From Gaiellaceae bacterium (lineage in GTDB: Bacteria > Actinomycetota > Thermoleophilia > Gaiellales > Gaiellaceae), in NCBI GenBank assembly GCA_036526315.1, contig DATCYR010000087.1, positions 5,203-69,202 of the forward strand: a DNA stretch of 64,000 nucleotides. Direction: 5' to 3'. The notes below the pieces were generated by a model. That model saw nothing but the letters and a program-made list of their open reading frames with translations, was not told where the DNA came from and searched no databases. Of the stretch, positions 19,034 to 29,208 are shown one piece after another. The first letter of the stretch is position 1, and each line of letters begins with the position of its first letter. The position numbers were made by a program, and so were the translations under genes.

Positions 19034-19861
19034 CTAGTCCGATGTCGAGGGCTCCCAGCGCAGGGCCGCTCGCTCGGCCAGCGCGACGGCAAGGTAGAAG
19101 CCGACCCCGAACAGGCAGGCGACGAAGATGCCCGCCCAGGCGTTCGTGTAGTCGAAGACCTGATACTGGCTGCGGATCAGCGTTCCCAGGTCGCCGAGCG
19201 TCCCGCCGAAGTACTCGGCGACGATTGCGCCGATCATCGCGAGGACGCTCGCGACCTTCAGGCCCGTGAAGATGAACGGCAGCGCCGTCGGGAACCGGAC
19301 GCGCCGGAAGATCTCCAGCTCGCCCGCCGCGTACGAGCGCATCAGCTCGAGCGACTGCGGTCGCACCGACGAGAGGCCGCGGAGCGTGTTGACGAGCACC
19401 GGGAAGAAGCACAAGGCAGCCGCGATCGCGATCTTCGAGCTCTGGCCGAAGGGCGAGAACCACGCGTTCATGATCGGGGCGAAGGCGATGATCGGGATCG
19501 CGTTGGCCGCGATCGCGTAGGGCATGATCGCGCGGCCGAGCGCGTGCCAGCGGGCGAGCAGGAGGGCGAGCAGGATTGCCGCTCCCGAGCCGATCAGGAA
19601 GCCGAAGAACGCCTGCTGGAAGGTGAGCCAGCCGGCGTGGAGCAGGTCGCCGTGGTTGTCCCAGAACGCGTTCCAGATCGACGACGGCTGCGGCAGCAGG
19701 AACTTCTTGATCCCGAGCGCCGGCACGGCGAGCTGCCAGCCGCCGATGACGATCACGAGCACCGCGACGGCGGGGATCCAGTCCCGCAAGCGGCGGCCGA
19801 CGACACCCCCGAGCGCCTGGGTCGCGCCGGGCTCGACGGCGACCGGCGGGGCCGTGCTCAT
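19034..19861 (-). CDS. ABC transporter permease (SsuC/TauC type)
   Basis: MSTAPPV... with six TM segments. The EAA-like loop is LMRSYAAGELEIFRRVRFPTALPFIFTGLK. 4-nt overlap with the ATPase gene. Confidence 0.85.
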   Translation of the reverse strand: MSTAPPVAVEPGATQALGGVVGRRLRDWIPAVAVLVIVIGGWQLAVPALGIKKFLLPQPSSIWNAFWDNHGDLLHAGWLTFQQAFFGFLIGSGAAILLALLLARWHALGRAIMPYAIAANAIPIIAFAPIMNAWFSPFGQSSKIAIAAALCFFPVLVNTLRGLSSVRPQSLELMRSYAAGELEIFRRVRFPTALPFIFTGLKVASVLAMIGAIVAEYFGGTLGDLGTLIRSQYQVFDYTNAWAGIFVACLFGVGFYLAVALAERAALRWEPSTSD

Positions 19862-20646
19862 ACCGGCGACTCCACGGCGGGGACGTCCAGGTCGGCGCCC
19901 AGGTGCAGTGCTTCCCGAACCTGCGTCACGAGCTCGAAGAACCGCGGTTCTTCGCGTGTCGCCGCGACGCGGGGCTGTTGCAGGTCGATCGGGATCACAT
20001 TCGAGATCCGGCCCGGCCGCGGCGACATCACCACGACCCGGGTCGACAGGAAGACGGCCTCTGCGATCGAGTGCGTGACGAACACGATCGTGCAGCCGCT
20101 GCGCTCCCAGATGCGCAGGAGCTCCATGTTCAGGCGCTCGCGCGTCATCTCGTCCAGCGCGCCGAACGGCTCGTCCATCAACAGGAGCGCCGGGTCGAAC
20201 GAGAGCGCGCGCGCGATCGAGACGCGCTGCTGCATCCCGCCGGAGAGCTGCCACGGATGGTGTCGGTCGAAGCCCGAGAGCTCGACGAGCGCGAGCATCT
20301 CCTTGACGCGCTCGGCGCGCTTCTGCCGGTTCCAGCCGGCGAGCTCGAGCGGCAGGGCGATGTTGCGGCCGACGGTGCGCCAGTCGTAGAGCACCGGATC
20401 CTGGAACACGATTCCGTAGTCACGGTCCTTCCGTGCCTGTCGCGCCGGCTTGCCGTTCACGGTCGCCACGCCGCGCGTCGGCTCGATCAGGTCGCCGATG
20501 ATCCGGAGCAGCGTCGACTTGCCGCAGCCCGACGGGCCGATCAGCGAGATGAACTCGCCTTCCTCGATCTCGAGCGAGACGTCCTTCAGCGCGACGGTGC
20601 CGCCCCGGAACTCCTTCGTGACATTGTCGATCTTGACGACGCTCAT
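19858..20646 (-). CDS. ABC transporter ATP-binding protein
   Basis: GPSGCGKSTL (Walker A), LSGGMQQRVSIARAL (signature), LLLMDEPFGALD (Walker B). Confidence 0.9.
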   Translation of the reverse strand: MSVVKIDNVTKEFRGGTVALKDVSLEIEEGEFISLIGPSGCGKSTLLRIIGDLIEPTRGVATVNGKPARQARKDRDYGIVFQDPVLYDWRTVGRNIALPLELAGWNRQKRAERVKEMLALVELSGFDRHHPWQLSGGMQQRVSIARALSFDPALLLMDEPFGALDEMTRERLNMELLRIWERSGCTIVFVTHSIAEAVFLSTRVVVMSPRPGRISNVIPIDLQQPRVAATREEPRFFELVTQVREALHLGADLDVPAVESPV

Positions 20647-21551
20647 GCGACGTTCTCCGGCGCGCGGCGCACGACGATGCGTTCGGCGAGCGCGATCAGC
20701 AGATAGAAGACGATGCCGAGCATCGCTGCGACGACGTTCGTCGCCCATAGCTGCGTCGGGTCGAGCCCGTAGTACTGGTTGAACGTGAGGATCTTGCCGC
20801 CGAGGCCGTCCTGGATGCCCGACGGAAGCTCGCCGATGATCGCACCGACGATGCTCGCCGTGGCGGCGATCTTGAGTGCCGCGAAGATGTACGGGAGGGC
20901 TGCCGGCAGGCGCAGCTTCCAGAGGATCGTTCCGCGTCCGGCCGCATAGGAGCGCATCAGCTCGAGCGCGCGGCGATCGGCCGACTGCAGTCCGCGGAGG
21001 GTGTTGATCGCGACGGGGAAGAAGGTAAGGAAGGCGGCGATCACCGCGACCGAGAACCAGGCCGCGACGTGGAGCGTTCCGAGATAGACGACGACGATCG
21101 GCGCGACCGCGAGGATCGGCACCGTCTGCGACGCGACGATGTAAGGCAGAAAGCCGCGTTGCAGGATTCGTGACTGCGCGAGCACGACCCCGAGCAGGAA
21201 CCCTACCGCTGCGCCCAGCGCGAAGCCGACGCCTGCCTCCTTCGCGGTGAAGAGCGCAGACTTCACGAGCAGCGTGCCGAGCTTGTCGCCGCCGCCGGAG
21301 ACCGAGGACGGGTTCTTGAACAGCGCACCGAAGATGTCGGTGATGTGGGGCATCGTCGTGTCGTCGACGGCGAACGGCCACGTCCAGCCCTGGTTCATCC
21401 AGAGCCAGCGGTAGCCCTCCCACAGGCCCCACAGCGCGAGCGGCACAGCGAGGAAGAGGAGGGCCCGCCCGAGCCACGTCAGCAGCCGGGAGCGCGGTCG
21501 CTCCGCCGGGCGTTCGACAGCGATCGCCGACATCCGGCCGATGCTTACCAC
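20643..21551 (-). CDS. ABC transporter permease (second subunit)
   Basis: LMRSYAAGRGTILWKLRLPAALPYIFAALK is paralogous to the 19034-19861 permease. The start is either GTG 21551 or ATG 21533. Confidence 0.8.
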   Translation of the reverse strand: MVSIGRMSAIAVERPAERPRSRLLTWLGRALLFLAVPLALWGLWEGYRWLWMNQGWTWPFAVDDTTMPHITDIFGALFKNPSSVSGGGDKLGTLLVKSALFTAKEAGVGFALGAAVGFLLGVVLAQSRILQRGFLPYIVASQTVPILAVAPIVVVYLGTLHVAAWFSVAVIAAFLTFFPVAINTLRGLQSADRRALELMRSYAAGRGTILWKLRLPAALPYIFAALKIAATASIVGAIIGELPSGIQDGLGGKILTFNQYYGLDPTQLWATNVVAAMLGIVFYLLIALAERIVVRRAPENVA

Positions 21552-21553
21552 GT

Positions 21554-21559
21554 TAGAGT
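21554..21559 (+). promoter_or_regulatory. -10-like hexamer TAGAGT, 6 nt upstream of GTG 21566 (leaderless candidate)
   Basis: TANNNT hexamer, then CGCGCG, then GTG. Only 14 bp separate the two divergent start codons. Confidence 0.3.
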
Positions 21560-21565
21560 CGCGCG

Positions 21566-22810
<1,245 letters not shown>

Positions 22811-22965
22811 GCCGGACACGCAGGAGGCGGCGGCCCACTTCCGACGCATCCGGCTCACAAAGGCGGGCGGCGGGGAGAGGGTCTGGCTCCCTCCACTCGC
22901 GCCTCAAAGCTACTCCGGCGGCGCCGGCTTTTGAACTCACCGCTCGTCTAGCTGTACACCCGCGC

Positions 22966-22994
22966 TTGACCCGCGGCAGCGTGTCGTTTATTCA
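22966..22994 (+). promoter_or_regulatory. Sigma-70-like promoter (TTGACC - 17 nt - TATTCA)
   Basis: -35 at 22966-22971 and -10 at 22989-22994. GTG 23004 follows only 9 nt after the -10 with no SD, so the message is leaderless or nearly so. Confidence 0.4.
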
Positions 22995-23003
22995 TACTGA
23001 ACA

Positions 23004-23912
23004 GTGAGCTCCTCTCACGAGCCGCGTCTAGCCGTGGGATTGATCGGCCTGGGACACATGGGCACGGCTGTCGCGGAACGCCTCCTCGACGCGGGATTCC
23101 CGCTCCTCGTCTACAACCGGACACCGGCCAAAGCCGAGCCCCTGGCGTCCCGCGGCGCCGTGGTCTCGGACTCGGCGGCCGAGCTAGCCGGTGCCGCGGA
23201 CGTCATCCTCACCTCGCTCTCCGATGACGCTGCGCTCGAAGCCGTCGCCCGGGAGGTCCTTCAGGGCGCGCGCCCCGGCACCGTCCTCGTCGACATGAGC
23301 ACCGTGTCGCCGTCCGCTTCGGCTCGTGTTGCCGCGGCGGCCGAGGCCGCGTCCGCCGAGTACGTTCGTGCCCCCGTCAGTGGCAATCCCAGCGTCGTGC
23401 GCGCCGGGAACCTCACGTTCATCGTCTCAGGCCCGGGTGCGGCTATCGATCGCGTCGAACCCGTGCTTCGGGCCGTCGGCCCGACGATCCATCGCCTGGG
23501 CGACGGCGAGCAGGCCCGGGTCGTCAAGCTCGCGATCAACCTCATGATCGGAGGTCTCGCGGAACTCATGTCCGAGGCGTTGGTGCTGGGCGAGGCTGCC
23601 GGTGTCGAGCGAGCGGACCTGCTCGAGGTGATGGGAAGCTCTGCGGCCGGCGCGCCCTTCGTGAAGTACAAGACCCAGCCGCTCGTCGAGGACGATTTCT
23701 CGGCAACGTTCACAACGGCGTTGATGGAGAAGGACGTCGATCTGATCCTCGACGCGGCTGCCGGCCACGGGATCGACCTTCCGGTTGCACACAAGCTGAA
23801 GGAGTTGCTGCGTGCCGCGAGCGAGGCGGGGTACGCGGACGACGACTTCATCGCGCTGTTCCTCTTCCTGCGCGACGCTTCTCGTTCTCGTCAACAGGAG
23901 GTGATGCGTTGA
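23004..23912 (+). CDS. NAD(P)-dependent 3-hydroxyisobutyrate/6-phosphogluconate dehydrogenase-family oxidoreductase
   Basis: GLIGLGHMGTAVAERLLDAGFPLLVYNRTPAK (Rossmann), VRAPVSGNP, and VKLAINLMIGG. Confidence 0.85.
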   Translation: MSSSHEPRLAVGLIGLGHMGTAVAERLLDAGFPLLVYNRTPAKAEPLASRGAVVSDSAAELAGAADVILTSLSDDAALEAVAREVLQGARPGTVLVDMSTVSPSASARVAAAAEAASAEYVRAPVSGNPSVVRAGNLTFIVSGPGAAIDRVEPVLRAVGPTIHRLGDGEQARVVKLAINLMIGGLAELMSEALVLGEAAGVERADLLEVMGSSAAGAPFVKYKTQPLVEDDFSATFTTALMEKDVDLILDAAAGHGIDLPVAHKLKELLRAASEAGYADDDFIALFLFLRDASRSRQQEVMR

Positions 23913-25249
23913 CCATGCGGCACAGATCGGTCGGCTCGCCGGATGCAACGCGCGCGGTCGATTGGGAGCAGCGGATCGACTTCCCTCGCCTGCGCCAGGA
24001 ACGACTCGACCGCGCGAAGGCCGCGCTCGAAGCCTCGGATCTCGGTGCCGTGCTCATGTTCGACCCGAACAACATTCGCTACGTCACCAGCACGCACATC
24101 GGCGAGTGGGCGCGAGACAAGAACGCGCGCTTCGCGCTGCTGCCGCGGGGGAGCGACCCGATCTTGTGGGACTTCGGCTCGGCCGCGCGACATCACCAGC
24201 TCTACGCGCCGTGGCTACCGCCGGAGAACTTCCGCGCGGGCGTGGCTCCGATGCGCGGCGCAATGCCCGTCGAGACCGGGATCCCGGATCGTCTCGGCGA
24301 ACGCATCTCCCACGAGCTCCGCGAGCTCGGCCTGCAAGGCGAGTTGCTCGGGGTCGACATGGCCGACCTCGTGACGATCCAGGCGCTCCAGCGCGCAGGC
24401 GTGCAGGTCACGGATGGATCCCAGGTGCTGCTGGAGGCGCGCAAGCTGAAGACGCCGCAGGAGATCGCGCTCCTCGATCAGTCGGCCGGGCTCGTCGACG
24501 CGGTGTACGAGGAGATCTACCGGATGCTGCGACCCGGCATCTACGAGCACGAGATCGTCGCGCGCGCGCACCAGCTCCTGTTCGAGATGGGGTCGGAGCA
24601 GGTCGAGGCGATCAATGCGGTCTCGGGGGATCGCTGCAACCCGCACCCGCACGTCTTCTCGGACCGTTTGCTGCGACCCGGCGACCAGGCGTTCTTCGAC
24701 ATCATCCAGTCGTTCATGGGCTACCGAACGTGCTACTACCGCACGTTCAACGTCGGCGGCGTCAACGCGGCTCAGCTCGATGCGTACAAGCAGTGCCGTG
24801 AATGGCTCGACGCCGCGATCGACCTCGTGCGGCCAGGAATGACGACCGACCGGATCGCGGAGGTCTGGCCGACCGCCGAGGAGCTCGGCTTTCCCGACGA
24901 GGAGACCTGTTTCGGGCTGCAGTTCGGCCATGGCATCGGCGTCGGTCTCTACGAATCGCCGATGATCTCGCGCGTCCACTCGCTCGACCACCCCGTCGAG
25001 CTCGAGGAGGGGATGGTGTTCGCGCTCGAGACGTATTGCGCGGCGACCGATGGCCGCTCCGCCGCGCGGATCGAGGAAGAGGTCGTCGTGACTGCCGCCG
25101 GTTGCGAGGTGATCACCCGCTTCCCGGCGGAGGAGCTGCTCGTCGCCGGCCGGATCTACGTCCGCGGCGCCGACCTCCTGCCGAATGCCGAGGCCGGCCG
25201 CGAAGGCGCCGCCGCGGCAGTGGCTTCCTCGGGTGTCGTGGCGCAGTGA
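23909..25249 (+). CDS. M24-family (creatinase/prolidase-fold) hydrolase
   Basis: The N-terminal creatinase-like domain is followed by the pita-bread motifs GDQAFFDI, GYRTCYYRTF, FGHGIGVGLYESP, FALET and RIEEEVVVT. TTG 23909 lies 7 nt after AGGAGG and overlaps the upstream stop. Confidence 0.85.
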   Translation: MTMRHRSVGSPDATRAVDWEQRIDFPRLRQERLDRAKAALEASDLGAVLMFDPNNIRYVTSTHIGEWARDKNARFALLPRGSDPILWDFGSAARHHQLYAPWLPPENFRAGVAPMRGAMPVETGIPDRLGERISHELRELGLQGELLGVDMADLVTIQALQRAGVQVTDGSQVLLEARKLKTPQEIALLDQSAGLVDAVYEEIYRMLRPGIYEHEIVARAHQLLFEMGSEQVEAINAVSGDRCNPHPHVFSDRLLRPGDQAFFDIIQSFMGYRTCYYRTFNVGGVNAAQLDAYKQCREWLDAAIDLVRPGMTTDRIAEVWPTAEELGFPDEETCFGLQFGHGIGVGLYESPMISRVHSLDHPVELEEGMVFALETYCAATDGRSAARIEEEVVVTAAGCEVITRFPAEELLVAGRIYVRGADLLPNAEAGREGAAAAVASSGVVAQ

Positions 25250-26187
25250 GCGACACCGGCACGCACGAGCTTGCGGACGGAAGGCCCTCGTATCGGCTCG
25301 TCCGTCGCGAAGACGTCCAGTGGGCGGATGCTTTGCCCGGCCGGTCGAGCGGCCTCACGAATTGCCGGCTCATCGGCGGGTCGCTCGGTTCGACGCACAT
25401 GGCGCTGACGCTCGTTGCTCTGTCGAACGGGCACGTCGACCAGCATCTGCATTCCTTCGAGACGAGCTTCTACGTCCTCGAGGGTGAGCCGGTGCTCTAC
25501 CTCGAGGGACGTGGCGTGCGGCTCGAGCCCGGCGCCTGCGGCTGCATACCGGTCGGAATGCCGCACGCGTTCCGTGCTTCCGCACGCGCGGTCTGGCTCG
25601 AGATGGCGTCGCCGAGGCCTCGCGCGGACGGGAGCGACACCTTCTTCCTCGGGCCGGCCCCTGAGAGCACGCCGGCGCAACTCGACATCCGCGACCCGCG
25701 CAACCGAAACCTCTTCCTCCTGAGGGACGGCGACATGGATGTCGACCGCCTGAAGCGCGCCGAGGCGTTCGGTGCGCCGACGGTGTCGGCGAGCATGGCG
25801 ACCGCCCTTCTGGCATACAGCGGGATCGGTGTCAAGATGCTCGTCGACCAGCGGCTCGACGCGCAACTGCACACGATGTTCATGGTCGATTACCAGCCCG
25901 GGGCGCTCACACACCCGCACGACCATCCCTTCGAGGAGTCGTACTACATCCTCGCGGGCGAGGTCGACGTCGTCGCAGACGGCGACCGCTACACGCTGCG
26001 ACCGGAGGACGTCTTCTGGACGGGAACCGGTTGCGTCCACGCGTTCTACGAGACGCGCGGCGGGCGTGTGCGCTGGCTCGAGACGTCCGCGCCCGGTCCG
26101 CCGGCGAGGCACTCCTACCGTCACGAACGCGACTGGGCGTATCTCGCGGAGCGGCTGCAGCCCCCTGCGAACGTCGGCGTCGGATGA
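25246..26187 (+). CDS. Bicupin metalloprotein
   Basis: Two cupin cores: HLHSFETSFYVLEG...IPVGMPHAF and HPHDHPFEESYYILAG...GTGCVHAFY. GTGA overlap with the M24 gene. Confidence 0.7.
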   Translation: MSDTGTHELADGRPSYRLVRREDVQWADALPGRSSGLTNCRLIGGSLGSTHMALTLVALSNGHVDQHLHSFETSFYVLEGEPVLYLEGRGVRLEPGACGCIPVGMPHAFRASARAVWLEMASPRPRADGSDTFFLGPAPESTPAQLDIRDPRNRNLFLLRDGDMDVDRLKRAEAFGAPTVSASMATALLAYSGIGVKMLVDQRLDAQLHTMFMVDYQPGALTHPHDHPFEESYYILAGEVDVVADGDRYTLRPEDVFWTGTGCVHAFYETRGGRVRWLETSAPGPPARHSYRHERDWAYLAERLQPPANVGVG

Positions 26188-27164
26188 GTCAGATCAGCGA
26201 CGAGCAGGCGGCCGCCGTCCTCGACGACCTCGAGCTCTACCTGCGGATCTATCGCCAGATGCTGCTGATTCGCGGGTTTGAGGACCTGGTGCAGTCCCTG
26301 TTCCTGAAGGGGGAGGTGTACGGCACGACGCACCTTTACTCGGGGCAGGAGGCGATCGCGACCGGCTTCGCGAGCCTGCTCGAGGACCGTGATCGCGTCG
26401 CGGCGACCTACCGTGGGCACGGACACGCCCTTGCTCTCGGGGTCGACCCGCAGCGGCTCCTCGACGAGATGCTCGGACGCGAGACGGGCATCAACGGCGG
26501 CCGCGCCGGCTCGATGAACGTCAACTCGCCGAAGGACGGTCTCATCGGCTCGTTCGGGATTGTCGGCGGCAGCATCGCGGCAGCGACCGGCGCGGCGCTC
26601 GCGCTGAAGAAGACGACGGGCGGCGTCGCCGTCGCGTACTTCGGCGACGGGGCGATGAACCAGGGCTACGTGTTCGAGTGCCTCAACTTCAGCCAGGTGC
26701 TTCAGCTCCCGCTCGTGTTTGTCTGTGAGAACAACGGTTACGGCGAGTACACGGCGTTCCAGTCGGTTACCGCGGGTGAGATCCGCGCGCGTGCCGAAGT
26801 GATGGGGCTACCCGCGGAGACGATCGACGGGATGAGCGTCTGGTCGGTCCGCGACGCTGCGGCGCGCGCAATTGCTCATGCGCGGGGCGGCGACGGCCCG
26901 GCTTTCGTCGAGGCCCTGACATACCGGTTCGTCGGCCATTCGCGCAGCGATCCCGGGGCGTATCGACCTGAAGGCGAGCTGGACGAGTGGAGGTTGCGCG
27001 ACCCGATCGTGCTCCTGCGAGCGCAGCTCGAGGCCGAAGGCGTCGAGCCGGCGCGCCTGGACGAGCTCGAGCAGGACGGGGCGAACGAGCTCGACCGCCT
27101 GCGTGAGCGCGGTCTCGCCGCCCCGTTCCCGTCGGAGCTGTCAGCGAGCGAGTTCAAGGCGTGA
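26184..27164 (+). CDS. TPP-dependent 2-oxoacid/acetoin dehydrogenase E1 alpha subunit
   Basis: YRQMLLIRGFED, THLYSGQEAIATG, YRGHGHAL, and YFGDGAMNQGYVFECLNF...VCENNGYGEYT (TPP motif). Confidence 0.9.
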   Translation: MSQISDEQAAAVLDDLELYLRIYRQMLLIRGFEDLVQSLFLKGEVYGTTHLYSGQEAIATGFASLLEDRDRVAATYRGHGHALALGVDPQRLLDEMLGRETGINGGRAGSMNVNSPKDGLIGSFGIVGGSIAAATGAALALKKTTGGVAVAYFGDGAMNQGYVFECLNFSQVLQLPLVFVCENNGYGEYTAFQSVTAGEIRARAEVMGLPAETIDGMSVWSVRDAAARAIAHARGGDGPAFVEALTYRFVGHSRSDPGAYRPEGELDEWRLRDPIVLLRAQLEAEGVEPARLDELEQDGANELDRLRERGLAAPFPSELSASEFKA

Positions 27165-28243
27165 CCGCACGAGAACTGACGATGCCGAAGCTGTCCGACT
27201 CGATGGCGGAGGCGGTCATCCTCCGCTGGCTCAAGGCGCCCGGCGACGCGTTCGCTCGCGGTGAGCCGCTGATGGAGGTCGAGACGGACAAGGCGACGGT
27301 CGTGTACGAGGCCGAAGCCGACGGCAGGCTGGGGGAGATTCTCGTCGCCGAAGGCGGCAGCGCGGCCGTCGGAGCCGCCATCGCAACGCTCGGCAACGGG
27401 GAACGGCCGGAGTCTGCTCAGGCAGCGGTTCAACCCGAGCAGTCCCCTGCCACACGCGCGAACGCGAGCCCCGTGGCGCGGCGACTCGCGGTCGACCTCG
27501 GCGTCGCCCTTCACGACGTCGAAGGAACGGGCCCTGGCGGGCGAATCACGCAGGACGACGTCCAACGCGCTGCCGCGTCGGACGTCAGTCCGAGGCCTGC
27601 CGGCGGCAAGGGCGACGTCCGACAAATCGAGTTGACTGCGACGCAGGCGACGATCGCGCGCCGGATGGTCGAGTCCGCGAGCACGATCCCCGTCTTCACT
27701 GTCTCTGCGGACATCGACATGTCGCTGATCGCCGCGCTCCGCAAGGACGTCGACGGCGCTCCGTCGCTGAACGACTTCATCGTCAAGGCCGCTGGGCGGA
27801 CGCTACGGGACTTTTCGCGCTTCAACGCGTCGTACGTCGACGGAAAGGTCGAGTGCTATTCGCGCGTCAACGTCGGCGTCGCCGTCGCGACGGACGACGC
27901 GCTGCTGGTTCCCGTAATTCGCGACGCCGACGCCAAGCCGCTGGCGGAGATCGCCGCCGACACGCGACGCCTTGCCGAGGCGGCGCGGCGCCGGGCGCTC
28001 CAGCCCGAGGATCTTCGCGACGCGACGTTCACCGTCTCGAACCTCGGCATGTACGGCGTGCGCGCGTTCACGGCGATCATCGATCCGCCGCAGGTGGCGA
28101 TCCTCGCAGTCGGCGGCGCGCGCGACGGTGTCATCAGTGTGACGCTGAGCTGCGACCACCGTGTCGTCTACGGCGCGGACGGCGCCCGTTTCCTCTCACG
28201 ACTACGCGAGCTGCTGGAGCGGCCGCTCGCGCTCCTCACCTGA
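27161..28243 (+). CDS. Dihydrolipoamide acyltransferase E2
   Basis: Lipoyl domain MPKLSDSMAEAVILRWL...EVETDKATV. Subunit-binding domain SPVARRLAVDLGV...GTGPGGRITQDDV. Catalytic LSCDHRVVYGADGARFL. Confidence 0.9.
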   Translation: MTARELTMPKLSDSMAEAVILRWLKAPGDAFARGEPLMEVETDKATVVYEAEADGRLGEILVAEGGSAAVGAAIATLGNGERPESAQAAVQPEQSPATRANASPVARRLAVDLGVALHDVEGTGPGGRITQDDVQRAAASDVSPRPAGGKGDVRQIELTATQATIARRMVESASTIPVFTVSADIDMSLIAALRKDVDGAPSLNDFIVKAAGRTLRDFSRFNASYVDGKVECYSRVNVGVAVATDDALLVPVIRDADAKPLAEIAADTRRLAEAARRRALQPEDLRDATFTVSNLGMYGVRAFTAIIDPPQVAILAVGGARDGVISVTLSCDHRVVYGADGARFLSRLRELLERPLALLT

Positions 28244-29208
28244 TGGCAGCGATCGCCTTCCGCACCGCAATCCGCGACGCGCTCGACGAAGAGCTCGCAG
28301 CGGACGATCGCGTGATCCTCTTCGGCGAGGACATCGCGGTCGCAGGCGGCGTGTTCGCAACGACGCCGGGCCTCTACGAGAAGTACGGCGCAGAGCGTGT
28401 CTTCGACACACCGATCTCGGAACTGGCGCTCGCAGGGGCGGCCTTTGGGTCCGCGGTCAACGGCCTGCGGCCTGTTGTCGAGATCATGTTCGGCGACTTC
28501 CTCACGCTCGCGATGGACAGCCTCGTGAACCAGTCGACGAAGTACTGGTTCCTGACGCAGGAGCACGTGAGCGTTCCGTTGACGATCCGCTCCGTCGTCG
28601 GCGCAGGTGGGCGCTTCGGCGCGATCCACTCGCAGATGCCCGCTTCGTGGTTCATGGGCGTTCCGGGGCTGAAGATCGCCGCGCCGTCGACGCCTGCCGA
28701 CGCGAAGGCACTGCTGAAGGCAGCCGTGCGCGACGACAACCCGGTGCTCTTTTTCGAGCACAAGCGCCTCTACACACTCGAAGGCGAGGTCGACGGAGCC
28801 GTCGGCCGGCTCGGCGAGGCTGCCGTCGTCCGCGACGGGGTCGACATCACGCTCGCGACGGCGATGAAGAGCGTCCATGATGCGCTCGAGGCCGCCGAAG
28901 CCCTCGAGCGCGACGGCATCTCCGTCGAGATCATCGACCTGCGAACGCTGCGCCCGATCGACTTCGAGACGATCAACGCGTCCGTGCAGAAGACGAATCG
29001 CATCGTGGTTGTCGAGGAAGGCCCGCTCACCGGCGGATGGGCGGGCGAGGTGCTCGCCGGCGTCACGGAACGGGCGCTCGGCTACCTTGACGATGCGTGG
29101 CGCATCGCGACACCGGACACGCCGATCCCGTACAGCCCGCCGCTCGAGGACGCATTCCTGCCCGGCGCGGAGCGTATCGCGACGGAGATCAGGCAGCGGC
29201 TGCGATGA
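28243..29208 (+). CDS. 2-oxoacid/acetoin dehydrogenase E1 beta subunit
   Basis: FRTAIRDALDEEL, VILFGEDIAVAGGVFATTPGL, RVFDTPISE, and RTLRPIDFETI. TGATG junction with the E2 gene. Confidence 0.9.
   Translation: MAAIAFRTAIRDALDEELAADDRVILFGEDIAVAGGVFATTPGLYEKYGAERVFDTPISELALAGAAFGSAVNGLRPVVEIMFGDFLTLAMDSLVNQSTKYWFLTQEHVSVPLTIRSVVGAGGRFGAIHSQMPASWFMGVPGLKIAAPSTPADAKALLKAAVRDDNPVLFFEHKRLYTLEGEVDGAVGRLGEAAVVRDGVDITLATAMKSVHDALEAAEALERDGISVEIIDLRTLRPIDFETINASVQKTNRIVVVEEGPLTGGWAGEVLAGVTERALGYLDDAWRIATPDTPIPYSPPLEDAFLPGAERIATEIRQRLR

Noticed and set aside
18989-21565. TPP riboswitch upstream of the NMT1/THI5-like ABC importer.
   Set aside because: The operon has essentially no leader: 14 bp separate it from the divergent gene, and 45 nt lie ahead of the SBP gene. 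No TPP-box-like CUGAGA element was seen.
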